Assembly (NCBI RefSeq): GCF_030144855.1 | Contig: NC_082716.1 | Location: 67,022,001 to 67,086,000, forward strand | DNA from: Hypanus sabinus | Lineage: Eukaryota | DNA length: 64,000 nucleotides | Reading direction: 5' to 3' | Shown here: one piece after another, positions 26,431-38,965 of the stretch | Layout: each line of letters opens with the position of its first letter | Numbering within the stretch: the stretch's first letter is position 1 | Notes under the pieces: model-generated | Told to the model about the DNA's origin: nothing | Database searches by the model: none | What the model saw: only the letters and a program-made list of their open reading frames with translations | Made by a program: the position numbers and the translations under genes

Positions 26431-27814
26431 TAAACCTGACTGATCAACAGATTTAAGTTCTGATTACTGTACAATCATATGCCCCACGAAAGATGATAGC
26501 ATCAACTCCAGTGAGTTAAGACCGCAAGATATTGGAGCAGAATTAGGCCATTCAGCCCATCAAGTCTTCTCCACCATTTGATCATGGCTGATCCATTTCC
26601 CTCTCAATCTTGTATTCTTCCCATAACATTTCACACCCTGGCTTGTCCAGAATCTATCAACCTCCACCTTGAATACACTCAAAGTCTTAGCCTCCACAGC
26701 CACCTCTAGCATTGAATTCCACAGATTCACCACTCACTGGCTAAAGAAATACCTCTTCATCTCCATTCTAAATGGAGATCACTATTCTGAAGTTGTGCCC
26801 TCTGGTCCTAGACTCCCTGACTATAGGAAATATCCTCTCCACATCTACTCTATCTAGGCCTTTCAACATTCAATAAGTTTCAATGAGACTCCCTCTCATT
26901 CTTATAAATTCTAATGAGTATAGGCCTAGAGCCAGCAAACACTCCTCTTATGACATCTTTCAATCTCAGAATCATTTTAGTGAACCACCATTGAACCCTC
27001 TCCAATATTAGCATATCCTTTCTTAGATAAGGGGCCCAAACTACTCATAATACTCCAAGTGAGGCCTTACCAGTGCCTTATAAAGCCTCAGAATTACATC
27101 CTTGTTTTTATATCCTAGATCTCTCAAAATGAATACTACCATTGCATTTGCTTTCCTCACCACAGACTCAGCCTGCAAGTCAACCTTTAGGGAATCCTGC
27201 ATTAGGACTTCCAAGTCCCCTTGCACCTTGGATTTTTGAATTTTTTTCCCCATTTTAGAAAATAGCCTATGTTTTTATTCCTTCTGCCAAAATACATGAC
27301 TATGCATTTCCTGACACTGTATTCCATCTGCCTCTTCCCTGCCAATTCTCCTAATCAGTCTCCGTCCTTCTGTAGGCTCCCTACTTCCTCAATACTACCT
27401 GCCCATCCACCTATCTTCATATCATCTGAAAACTTGGCCACAAAGCCATCAATTTCATCATCTACATCATTGACATACAAAGTAAAAAGTAGTCCCAATA
27501 CCAACCCCTGCAGAACTTCACTAGTCACTGGCAGCTAATCAGAAAAGGCTCCTTTTATTTCCACACATTGCTGCCTACCAACCAGCCAATACTTCATCCA
27601 TGCTGATATCTTTCCTGTAATACCATGGGTTTTTAATCTTGCAAACTAGCCTTATGTATAACATTTGTCAAAGGCCTCTTGAAAATCCAAGTACACAACA
27701 TCCACCAATTCTCCTTCGTGTATCCTGCTTCTTATTTCCTCAAAGAACTCCAACAGATTTGTCCAGCAAAATTTTCCCTTAAACAACCCATGCTGACTGG
27801 CCCAAGAGATTATA

Positions 27815-28953
27815 CATGGGAATACCAACAGAGCAGGAGTAGGACAACCAAGTAACACCACAGGACCAGTGCTGACTGAGTCTGCATTAACTAATCACAG
27901 AAAGTGAAAAACCCCATGCCAATCACAATTAACTGGGCAAGATTAAACAGAAATCACAAGGGCTAAACAACTCTCATTAAGAGAGCAATTAGTAAATACA
28001 GGTGCTTGAGAAACCAAGAAGCCCAATGCTCTACTGCAAGCCACAGGGCTCTTGACAGAACCTCCTTCCCCAAGGCTGGCACCTGATGGCCCATAGAGAT
28101 CTGGAAAACTTGGGTCTGGGCTGGTAGAACCTGAGACATTCTGGAAAATTAGAAACAGACCTGATGCTCTCAAGCCAGGGCTGGAAAATTCAGAATAGAG
28201 CATATAACAGGAGCATTGGGTATATACCCCAGAAACATTGCATATCATAGGAGACCCAATGAACCTTGTTGACCTAGTGAACTTTGGAAAAATTCTGGAA
28301 TGTGGACTGGAGAATCTCAGAATATAGACTCAGGGCACTTGGAACATAGATTCAGGACACAAACTGAGTAAAGAAGGCATACTTGCAGACTGATATCCAA
28401 GCTGCTGTTGTATCTCCACTGGGTCCATAGGTGGTGGAGTCCTTCTGCCACAGTGAATGCTGGCAATGACTGAACACAGGTGCAGAGGAACAGCAAACTC
28501 TGTCATGGTAAGGGCTGGCAACAATAAAACACAAATGCAAAGGAACAGCAGACTCTGTCACAGTGAGCAGTGGTATCAATTGAATGGAGATGTGGAGGAA
28601 CAGCAGACTCTGTCACAGTGAGCAGTGGTATCAATTGAATGGAGATGTGGAGGAACAGCAGACTCCCATGTAGAGACAGAAGCAAGAAGTTAAACATAGG
28701 AATTCCAACAGAGCATTGGTGGCACAACCATATAACACCATGAACAAATCATTCTGCAATCAGCACTAAACAGGTCTGCATTATATAATCGCAGAAAACC
28801 TGTACCAGTGGCAATTAACTTGACAAGATTAAACAGGAAGCATAAGGGATTAATGGCTCTTGTTAAAACAATAATTAGTAAACACATGTGCTCAAGAAAT
28901 CTTCAAGTCCAGTGCTCATTGGCACACTGCAGAGCCCCGCAGGGCTCATGACA
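27815..28953 (-). mobile_element. Miniature Gypsy (Sushi/chromovirus-like) LTR element inserted in a CR1
   Basis: Two diverged direct repeats, both starting TGTCAWGAGCCC on the minus strand (28953 and 28057). Polypurine tract GGGGAAGGAGG at 28071-28061 just before the 3' LTR; gag-like start ATGGACCCAG at 28428; internal region under 400 bp. Confidence 0.7.
28431..28665. repeat. 55-bp tandem repeat at the end of the 5' LTR
   Basis: AGGAACAGCA recurs at 28486, 28541, 28596 and 28651; the units starting at 28541 and 28596 are identical. Confidence 0.9.
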
Positions 28954-30582
28954 CCTCTCAGCTTTCCAAGCACCATCTCCCTGGTAATAGCAACTGAACT
29001 CACTTCTTCCCCCAACATCCTTGAATATCTGGCATACTGCTAATGTCTTCCACAGTAAAGACTGATACAAAATACTTATTCTGTCTGTCCGCCATTTCTT
29101 TGGCCCTCATTAACTCCTCTCCAGTGGTCCAATATCCACTCTCACCTCTCCTTTACCTTTTATATATCTGAAAAAACTTTTGGTATCCTCTTTGATATTA
29201 TTGGCTAGCTTAACTTCACATTTCATCTTTATACTCCTTTTTTAGTTGCCTTCTGTTGGTTTTTAAAAGCTTCCCAATCCTCTAACTTCCCATTAATTTT
29301 TGCTCTGTTGTAGGACCTTGCTTTTATGCTGGCTTTGACTTCTCTTGTTAGCCACAGTTCTGTCATCTTGCCTTTAGAATACTTCTTCCTCTTTAGGATG
29401 TATATATCCTGTGCCTTCTAAATTGCTTCCAGAAATTCCAGCCATTGCTGCTCTGCTGTCAGCCCTGCTAGAGTCCCTTTCCAATCAACTTTAGCCAGTT
29501 CCTCTCTCAGGCCTCTGTAATTCCCTTTAATCCACAGTAATACTGATACATCTCCTTCTCAAATTGCAGCGTGAATTCTCTCATGTTATGATCACCTACT
29601 CCTAAGGATTCCTTTACCTTAAGCTCCCTAATCAAATCCAGTTCATTACACAACACCCAATGCAGAATAGCTGATCCCCTAGTGGGTTCAACCACAAGCT
29701 GCTCTAAAAAGCCATCTTGTCGGCATTCTACAAATTTTCTCTCTTAGGATCCATCACCAACCTGATTTTCCCAATCTACATGCATATTGAAATCCCACGT
29801 GACTATTGTAACATTGTCCCTTTGACAGGCATTTTCTATGTCCTGTTGTAATTTGTAGCCCTCATCCAGCCTATTGTTTGGAGTCCTGGATATAACTTTC
29901 ATCAGGGTCTTTTTACTTTTGCAGTTTATTAACTCCATCCATAACGATTCTACATCTTCCGATCCTATGTCTCCTCTTTCTAAGAATTTGATTTAATTTT
30001 TTACCAACAGAGCTACGTCATCCCCTCTGCCTACCTGCCTGTCTTTTCAATATAATGTGTATCCTTGGATGATATAATCTACTTTTAGCCATAACTCACT
30101 GATGCCTACCACATCATACCTGCTAGTCTCTAACTGTGCTACAAAATCATCACCTTATTCCGTATACTGTATGCATTCAAATATAACACCTTCAGTTCTG
30201 TATTCATCACACTTTTCAACTTTCTCCCCTGTTACACTGCAACTCATTCCTCTGATTGCAGTTTTGCCCTATCATCTTGCCTGTCCTTCCTGACAGTCTC
30301 ACTACACACTGCCTCTTCTTGTACATCAACTGCCCTATCCTCAGCCCCATCACTCGAAATATGTTGGCAATCTGAGAAGTACTGTGGCAGAAAGCAATGA
30401 ACCAAGTCTTATTCTTTTGGAGCTCCAAAGTGGATATACTGCCTTCTGCCCAGAAGAACACAGTTAATCATAATACATATTAACTTGATGAGCTCAGAAA
30501 TTTTTGATTCTGGCTTCTGTCCAAGGGCATAATCTCAACTCCAGCAAGCTCTTAAAAATTAAAGCAGGCATCCTGAAAACTA

Positions 30583-31016
30583 TACTCACTGGAATTTAGA
30601 AGATTGAGAGGATTGAGGGGGGATCTTATTGAAACATATAAAATTCTAAAGGGATTGGACAGGCTAGATGCAGGAAGATTGTTTCCGATGTTGGGGAAGT
30701 CCAGAATGAAGTGTCACAGTTTAAGGATAATGGGGAAGCCTTTTAGGACTGAGATGAGGAAAAACCTTCACACAGAGAATGGTGAATCTGTGGAATTCTC
30801 TGCCACAGGAAACAGTTGAGGCCGGTTCATTGGCTGTATTTAAGAGTAAGTTAGATTATGGCCCTTGTGGCTAAAGGGATCGGTGGGGGGGGGGGGGTAT
30901 GGAGAGAAAGCAGGTACAGGCTTCTGAGTTGGAGGATCAGCCATGATCATACTGAATGGTGGTGCAGGCTCAAAGGGCCGAATGGCCTACTCCTGCACCT
31001 ATTTTCTATGTTTCTA
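30583..31016 (+). mobile_element. CR1 LINE 3' fragment
   Basis: RGDLIETYKILKGLDRLDA and a TTCTATGTTTCTAT tail. Confidence 0.85.
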
Positions 31017-31898
31017 TACGATTTAGCTGGGCCTTTTTACTTGCGGACAATCTATTTTAAATCAGAAATAATATTATTCTGATATTCTTTCCTTCTATTT
31101 TATTGTAAAAAAAATAGTTTTTTTTCCACAAACATACATCCAATGATTGGGCACCAACCACCAGAGTTTACAGTAAACATCACTTCAGTTGTACCTAAAA
31201 TTTCAGTTCAATTTGTCCGAAAATACTTAAATTTTCTGCCAAGACTGTCAACTGAAAAAGCCTTTCACATTAGTTGGACAATCAGCAAAAATCTTCTTCC
31301 TAATTAATCTCTCAGCTGTTTTAATTATTATGTTTGTTGTCCTAAATTGTGCTTATACCTAAGTGTATTTGTTTGTGAGCAATTTCCAATTATCCATATC
31401 TAGCTGAATTTTTGAAATACACATGATGTACTATTTCTCAAAAGAATTGGACTATAATCCAATTAATTTATTTCTCACACTTCTCTGTTTATACATACAT
31501 ATTTATTTAACATTAAACCTACTAACAGAGCGGCATTAATTTTGTCAGATTACATCTTGGTGGGAATGTGACTCTGTTTCTTCTTCATATCTCTTCTGTA
31601 CAATGATTCTGAGACTATATATGAAGCTAAAGTCAAGGTACTCCTTCACAGCTCACCTAGAGATCTGTCTGTTGCCTCTAACCTCAATTTGAACCTCATG
31701 TCGCCATATTTGCTTCCTTCCCAAACTCCACAAGCAATATTACTCTTGTAGAACCATTCTTACAGCAATGCTTTGGAACTGTTTTCTTCCTGGTACCAAT
31801 TCATTTTTGTTTTCTCCCCTTTTCCAATCTTTTCCTATTTACTTCCAATGGATAATGCCTGTGTCAGCTGTCACATGAATAGTTTACAATTTCCCAGT

Positions 31899-32150
31899 GG
31901 CCGGCTGGTGGCGCAATGGCATCAGTGCCAGACTCCAGAGTGAAAGCTCCCGAGTTCGAATCCAAGTCAGGCCACCCTGAGCACGCGCTCCATCCATGCC
32001 GGGTCGAGCTTTGAGATAGCCACTTTAAAAAAAAACAAGGGTCAAGTCAGGAACGTTCATACCATGACCCAGTTAATCCAAAAGGAGACCAATCCTGACA
32101 TCACGCACCAGACAAGAATGGCTGACTGTCTGGTGCGACACACTAAGAAA
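31899..32150 (+). mobile_element. tRNA-derived SINE
   Basis: A-box TGGCGCAATGG and B-box GAGTTCGAATCC; related to the SINE at 21353. Confidence 0.65.
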
Positions 32151-32550
32151 AATTCCCAGCAAAGCTCTCATTTTTGCAAAGTATGTTCAATCCATCTTGC
32201 AAGCACTTGGGAGCACAGAACAACAAGTTCACAATATATAATAAATCTGATTCTGATTCTAAGTGTGATAACATAGAGGCTAAATTATTGGATTGGCATT
32301 CAGACACCTATATTATCGATCTGAGAACATCCCAACAAAGCAACTATGCAATTTTTCAAGCCTCCTACGTCTATTAGCGTTTAGCAAAAATGTTGGCCTT
32401 TGCAGGGAATGAATGACTTTGAAGAAAAACACAGCTCCTCACTTTCCATGACACCATTCTGTACAATTAGTTTCACTTTAACCTCCTCCTTCCCTGATCC
32501 CAAATACCCTTTCAAAATAAAACCCTTACCTGTACATTTAACTTAGTATA

Positions 32551-33116
32551 CAGGCTGTACCCAGGTAACAAACAAGCTCCATTTTTATAGATGTTCATAA
32601 GCCAATGTTGTCCATAGACAGAAAAGAACAGTCAAAGTGGTAACTATACTTATTTTCTTCCTGGACCCACTCATTTTGTAACTCCAAATCATAAAATTAA
32701 TTGAAAGAAAAACACGGAGCCGAGAAATGTGTGTCTTAGTTTTGTTTTACTTTTAGCAGGGTGCGCACCAATGATGTAGTGGTGTGATGATGGATGCCAT
32801 TCACATACCTTTACATATAACACGCAATGAATTATTTAAACGACAACAAATGCTCAATCAAACAATATATTCACCATAGTACTCAAATACTACTGAAATA
32901 TCAAACACATGACAATACTTCCACAGTGTAGTAATGCATGGCATCAAAACCACATAAGACCCATTAGGGAGAACAATTACTAGAAGTGGAGAGGGAGGGA
33001 AAAATAATTCTGCCATTCACAGGAACAAATGTACATATATACATTGGACTTCTGAATTTAATAATATTACAGAAGCTCGTCTACATAAGTCTGCCTTTCG
33101 TAACCTGAGGGACCTG
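32551..33116. mobile_element. Degenerate Tigger-like non-autonomous element
   Basis: TA-CAGG...CCCAGGTAAC start and CGTAACCTGAGGGACCTG-TA end form imperfect TIRs. Confidence 0.45.
32670..32914 (-). mobile_element. Probable solo LTR nested in the Tigger-like element
   Basis: Minus strand begins TGTCATG; AT-rich U3-like part followed by an AGTAAA-type signal; interrupts the flanking element. Confidence 0.4.
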
Positions 33117-33539
33117 TACTGTGTTCACTGCTCATTGTGTACTAACCTTTGGACTGTGTGACCATAAAGTGACCCCAAACCTTCAGCGGTCCATCATTTT
33201 TAATTCTCCGTCCCACTCCTACTCTGACCTTTCTCTCTTTGACCTCACATTCTGTTCCAATGAACTACAACAAAAGATCAAAATACTGAACTGCATCTTT
33301 CAATACTGATGTAATATTGAATTCAACAATATCAAATATTTACTCTGCTCTTTATATCTTCTCTAGACCCATTCTTTATTTCTTTTAAGCCATACTATCA
33401 TCTCCTTCACCGTGTCTACTTTAAGATTCACTTTTATCCTTCAGTCTCCTTCGCTCAAATCCTCTTTCTCATTGCTGCGCTCCTTCCCTTTCCTTCACGT
33501 CTCTCTATTTTTTTAGGTCATTTGCCAGAAGCCTTAAGA

Positions 33540-34115
33540 AACGAGATAAAATCTGCAGATACTGGAAATCCAAAGCAACACACACAAAATGCCGGAGGAA
33601 TGCAGCAAGCCAGGCAGCATCTATGGAAAAGAGTAAACAGATGGTGTTTCAGACTGGAAAGGAAGATGAGAAGTCAGAGTAAGAAAGTGGAGGAGAGGAG
33701 GAAGAAGTACAAGGTAGTAGGTAATAGGTGAAAGCGGGAGGGGCTGGTGTTGAAGTAAAGAGATAAAGGACTGGGAAGTGGGGATCTGATAGGAGAGGAT
33801 AGAAGGGAAGGGGGAGGAGCACCAACGGGAGGTGATAAGGTGAGAGAGGGACACAGGAATGGGAATGGTGAAGATGGGGGTGGGGTGAGAAGGGAGCAAT
33901 TACTGGAAGTTTGAGAAATCGGTCTTCATGCCATCAGGTTGGAGGCTACCCAGATGGATTATAAGCCTGAGTGTGGCCTCATTGTGGCAATCCATGAGGA
34001 CATGGATTGACATGTTGGAATGGGAATGGGAAGTGAATGGCAACAGGGAAATCCCGCTTTTTTCTGGTAGGTGCTTGGCAAAATGGTCTCCCAATCTATA
34101 TCAGGTCTCACCAGA
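33540..34115 (-). mobile_element. Penelope-like element 3' fragment
   Basis: GDHFAKHL...HSHSNMSIH...EATLRL...LGSLQPDGMKTDFSNF resembles the C-terminal part of a Penelope GIY-YIG endonuclease, followed by the terminal repeat shared with the fold-backs. Confidence 0.8.
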
Positions 34116-35886
34116 AGCTTTAAGTCTGTTTCTCTCTATACAACTGTTGCCTGAAATGCTGAGTATTCTAGTTTTGATTTACATTTATGTTAGATCTCCA
34201 TCGTTAACAGAATCTTATTTGTCTAGACAGCAGTTGTGCATTCTATAAGGCTACAAACCATAAAAGCAATGTTCTTCCAGAGAATAAAAACTAAAGCAAA
34301 TGGAGGCCAATCTGTAAAAACAAGCAACAAGCTTCAACAGCATTGCAAATACAGTTCTGATTAAAAAAAAACATTAGCAAGGTGATAAATCTTCCTCCTC
34401 TTCAATATAACAAAATTAAATTCAAAATTTACCAGCTCAGATGGTGTCACAAAAATAAAATAGTGGTGTTGTGAAAAGCAGAAAGGAAGACAACCACCCC
34501 TGTGTTAGATACATTTTTCATATGTCTGCTTACAGGTATGATTAAAACAGGTTACAACAGAATGCTTTCAAGTAAGTAGATATCAGAGCTTGTAATAAAG
34601 GCTGTTAGCTAACCTGTCCCCAGAGGAATAAATCAAAAAGTTGGTGTAACAGTGCAATGCATCTGCTGCAGTCTCAATTGTTTGAAGGGATGTACTGTCT
34701 AGCCAGCATCATTTATGTGGTGGTGCTACTAAACTTTCCTGAATCCTTTTGCAATTTAATGACTGCTATAAAGTAATGCAAGGCACACAGAATAAACTTG
34801 CTGAAGAAGTTTCTCTGTGCACTTACAGTATGATCCCATTATTATAGCTGCAACTCTGCCTCATTATTCCTTGCAAAAGGAGGATTGCAAATGTATCTGT
34901 TATATGTTTGTATGAACACTGTAGTTAAACCACTGGACTGGAGGTCAGAGTTCCAGAATATTGATCTTGAGACACAGGTTTGAATCTCACTATAGAAGCT
35001 GGAGAATTTATAGTAAATTCAAGTAATATCCAAGTCGAGAATTAAAGATAGTCTCTGTAACATATGCTATGAAACTATTGGATTGTTGTAAAATTCTGTC
35101 TAGTTTACTAACATCTTGCAAGGAAAATAATCTTGTTCCCATACCTGGTCTGCATAACAATATGACTCCAATGTGGGTGAATCTTAACTGCCTTTTCAGT
35201 AAGATCTGATTCAGGCTATTGAGTGAAAAATTGACCCACTTCAATGAGAAATAAACCAAAGAGCTGCTATCCTTGGAGACACAGAGCAAAGTTTAAAACC
35301 ATGAACAGTTTTGTTTCAGATATTGTTTCCAATGGTGGAAGAATTGATTACCAGAGGGCATAGATATAAGGTAATTGCTAAAAGAACCATGTGGCAACTG
35401 ATCTTTTTTCAAAATGAGTGATTAGGATTTGAATGAATGTACTGCCTGAAACAGCACATATCCAGAATATGTGAATCCAGGAGAGGTAATTGAAGGAAGA
35501 GATATTGAAGGGATATGAGAAGAAAGACAAGAATGAGAATTAAAAAACAACCAGTATGCTCTATAAAGCAGCTTACACAGACCCATCCACTTTATGCATT
35601 GTTCAAAATTTTAGAAATGAGCAACAGAGAAGAACTTTATGGAAAATGGAAATTACTGATGTCCTGCACCTCTGAGGGAGAAAAAATTAATATTTGCATT
35701 TCAAATAGTTGTTTTCTTGAACAACACACACAAAATGCTAGAGGGACTCAGCAAGTCAGACAGCATCTATGGAGAGGAATGAACAGTTGATGTTCCCGGC
35801 TCTTATCGGGACCTGATGAGTCCTGATGAAGGGCTTTGGCCCCAAGACTTCAACTGTTTATTCCCTTCCATAGACCCTGCATGACT

Positions 35887-36038
35887 NNNNNNNNNNNNNN
35901 NNNNNNNNNNNNNNNNNNNNNNNNNNNNNNNNNNNNNNNNNNNNNNNNNNNNNNNNNNNNNNNNNNNNNNNNNNNNNNNNNNNNNNNNNNNNNNNNNNNN
36001 NNNNNNNNNNNNNNNNNNNNNNNNNNNNNNNNNNNNNN
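35887..36038. other. Assembly gap (152 N)
   Basis: Run of N, 62 bp past the CDCP2 stop and adjoining a Penelope fold-back repeat. Confidence 0.99.
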
Positions 36039-36100
36039 TGTTTACGGTTGCTCTCCAAAGGCTTGTTTGCACCCATTTCTCCTGTGATTGCCTCATACCC

Positions 36101-36421
36101 CTACAGCAGAACCAGTCCTATGACAGCAATCAACATCAGAAGTCCTGCCAAAACACAAATACCAATGAAGACAATGTCACTGGTATCTTGCATCCTTGAA
36201 ACATCAGGTCCATCTACCACCTTTGATTCTTCAGAATTTGAATCCTCCAAATTCACGGCCATCTGCTGGAGTTGATACAGTTCGGTGTCTGTGATGATGT
36301 TGTACGAAGCTGCTTTGGTTTTGACATTACACTGCATCTTATATTCCTGGGTGTCACCATGTGTTCCATCAGGAAAACGTATATACAAAATGTTCACAAA
36401 AATGGTGGCATTCTTAATTTT
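36101..36421 (-). CDS. CDCP2: CDCP2 last coding exon (end of ZP-N-like domain and C-terminal hydrophobic segment)
   Basis: Acceptor CTTTGCAG|; KIKNATIFVNILYIRF...MQCNVK...DIVFIGICVLAGLLMLIAVIGLVLL then TAG. The six exons total 1620 nt (539 aa plus stop). Confidence 0.85.
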   Translation of the reverse strand, partial: KIKNATIFVNILYIRFPDGTHGDTQEYKMQCNVKTKAASYNIITDTELYQLQQMAVNLEDSNSEESKVVDGPDVSRMQDTSDIVFIGICVLAGLLMLIAVIGLVLL

Positions 36422-37115
36422 CTGCAAAGTGAAAACTGAAATAAGGACCAAGTTTTCAACTACTTTCTGTAGATAACACTGATATGAATATTTGAACTAG
36501 GAGCAAAAACTAGCCACTCAAACCCATTCCATCATATAATCAGATGTTGAGAGAAGGAAAGGCAGGTAGAATATTTGTTTTTATCAGTTCAGGAGTAAGG
36601 ACATCATGCTAAAGCTATGTAAGGTAAAAGTTACAATACAGTGTACAGCTTTGGTCACCATACTTAGGGAAGAATGTGATGACACTTGAGAAGGAAGAGT
36701 TCTGCAAGAATCTTAACAGGACTAGAAGAAAGATAGTTATGAAGAAAGACAGTCCAGGTTAAAACTGAGACGCAAAAAATTATAAGTGATATTGACACAG
36801 TGAAAAGGAAGGATCTGTTCCTCTTCGATGAGATTTCAATAACCAGGGGAAACAGATATGTTAATTGGTAAAAGGATTAGCAAGCCATTCAGGAAAGTAG
36901 TGTAAATCTGGAAATCTTTCCTGAAAAGGTACCCTAAGGCAGAAACTCTCATCACATGAAAAATCTTCTAGGATGACCAATTTAAGGTTTATACCTAAAG
37001 GGTTGGGAAGTGAGATTAATCAATAAGGCTTCCTTTTCACTAGCAAAGAGCTCAATGCTCTTATATGACATAAAGGTATATTTGACCTTTGGCTCAGTTT
37101 ATTCTCATTAATTAC

Positions 37116-37294
37116 CTGTGTCTTTGTTCTGCAGGCATCAAACCGTGAAATTATCTTGAATGTTGAGCCGATTACCTGTGCCATGCAACCGGGCCTTCCA
37201 AGATAAATGCTATTACGATTGAGTGAAGGAAGAGCCTGCACAGCTATCAGAATCTGGAAATCTGTTCTAGAGCAGCTGACATTCATGGGAACGA
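37116..37294 (-). CDS. CDCP2: CDCP2 exon 5 (first part of ZP-N-like domain)
   Basis: Acceptor ATTTTAG|, donor CAG|GTAATT; 179 nt, in frame: VVPMNVSCSRTDFQILI...PGCMAQ...FDACRTKTQ. Confidence 0.85.
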
Positions 37295-38152
37295 CTAAAA
37301 TAGGTAAAAGATAAAAAGTCCGTTAATATTAAGTAGCTATGGTTGCATCTGTTACATAGAATAATCCTCAAAAAAGACAGACGACTCTGCCTGTTATACT
37401 CAGTCATTCAGTTGGTAAACGAACTGTCCAGTGAACCTACATCTGTTGAACGTCCTGCTTTATGTGCCAATAGGACTGTTGGCAAATGAGCTGTACAAAC
37501 CAAGAAGGTCCCTGGACCAATCACAATGACATCAGTTCATCTCTGCCAGGACCCAGCAGAGATGACCTCAATGTATTCCATAATGCAGCAGAGGGAGTAA
37601 AATACGTCGTCAGTTCTCCCTTTCTTGCTTGGTGTATAATTGGAAAGCATACACACGCAGCCTGAAGTGTAGACAAAAGGACAGATCATGCTCTGTTATG
37701 ATTCACTCACAGTTGTACAGTTTTCCACTCTCTTCCACAGGTGCACATCTGAAAAGTGAATAACTAGGTTAGGAAATGAGGGTAGCCTGTGCTGGAGCAT
37801 ACAACATGAATGGGGAAGAAAAGCGGAGAGAAATTAAAACATTGACATTCTTTTAAAAAATGCACAAGACTATAGCCTCAAAAACTCAAACAACTGAGTA
37901 CAATATGAAAAAAGGGTGTTGGCCACAGGTGCAGTGATAAGGAGACATGAAAATACTTGATACAATGTAATTTATTATTGTTAACTTTTGTGTACCAGTT
38001 CCCATGGATTCAAGAGATATTAGTATTAGTCTACTGTATCTTCTTTTCTTGTTACAGCCTTATTGCTTGTAAAAATTTGGGACTTTTTTTTAAGAGGTTT
38101 GCAGACCCAATAATAATTAGATTGAATCTGTAACCAAGAAAACTAATCATGG

Positions 38153-38393
38153 GACTAATAGGCACTGGAGAAGTTTTTTCCCTACTGCGGTCACTTTGCT
38201 GAACAATTGACTGCCGGTTAACTGTTGTCTAACTATTACTTGGATTGCACTACTTGTATGTATAATCTATATTTTCATTTATATTTATCATTATTATTGT
38301 TATGAGCAGAGAGACAACAACTGCCGGAAGTAAATTCCTTGTATGTGCACAGGTACTTGGCAATTAAAGTTTGATTCTGATTCTGATTCTGAT
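38153..38393 (+). mobile_element. Young Rex1-like 3' end in CDCP2 intron 4
   Basis: Near-identical to 49676-49916; (CTGATT)n tail. Confidence 0.85.
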
Positions 38394-38611
38394 AGTGTAT
38401 TTTTATTATACATCATAGTGTATCATTTATAGTATTTTGTATTAAATTGTGAAAATATACACATCACAACAAAGGTGCCCAAGAGTGTCACCAAGAATTT
38501 CCATGCCTGATTGTCTTGACTGCAAAGTAAACCTACAAGATAGAAATACTGGATCAGAACTCAGACTGCACACAGCTAATGACTTTATGCCATGACGAAC
38601 TCCTAACTTAC

Positions 38612-38965
38612 CACCACTGTAGGATACATGGAAGCCACGAGAAGCTGTGTTCCTGTCAGCCGACAACACAAACAAAAGTCTGTTCCCATTGGACAACAGA
38701 GAAGGAGGTGAGTTATGACCACACCATTTTCCCAGCAGTGTGTCAGTCTCACTGTCTCCATCAAAGATTGCCAGAAAGTCATAATCGCAGGCATCACTCA
38801 GGCTATCCCTGTCCTCCAGCTCAAAATCAATTAAGTTAACCTTGATCCTGTAACTTAGAGGCTGTTGGACTGTCCAGTGACAATTGATATTATTAGGATA
38901 AATGTTTGGGTAGCGAGGGCTGGAGAAATTCCCTTTAATGGCTGTGAAGACCTGTTGACACTCAC
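38612..38965 (-). CDS. CDCP2: CDCP2 exon, CUB domain 3
   Basis: GECQQVFTAIKGNFSSPRYPNIYPNNINCHWTV...CDYDFLAIFDG...GFHVSYSG; acceptor ATTCCAG|, donor GTG|GTAAGT; 354 nt. Confidence 0.95.

Larger units (their letters stand above)
26520..30360 (-). mobile_element. Decayed CR1 LINE, interrupted by the mini-LTR element
   Basis: Minus-strand fragments [66 protein letters not shown]. Confidence 0.88.

Noticed and set aside
28431-28665. Repeat array superficially like CRISPR
   Set aside because: Units are contiguous tandem copies without unique spacers; eukaryotic LTR context and no cas genes.
35803-36096. ORFs spanning the N gap
   Set aside because: Artefacts of unknown bases.
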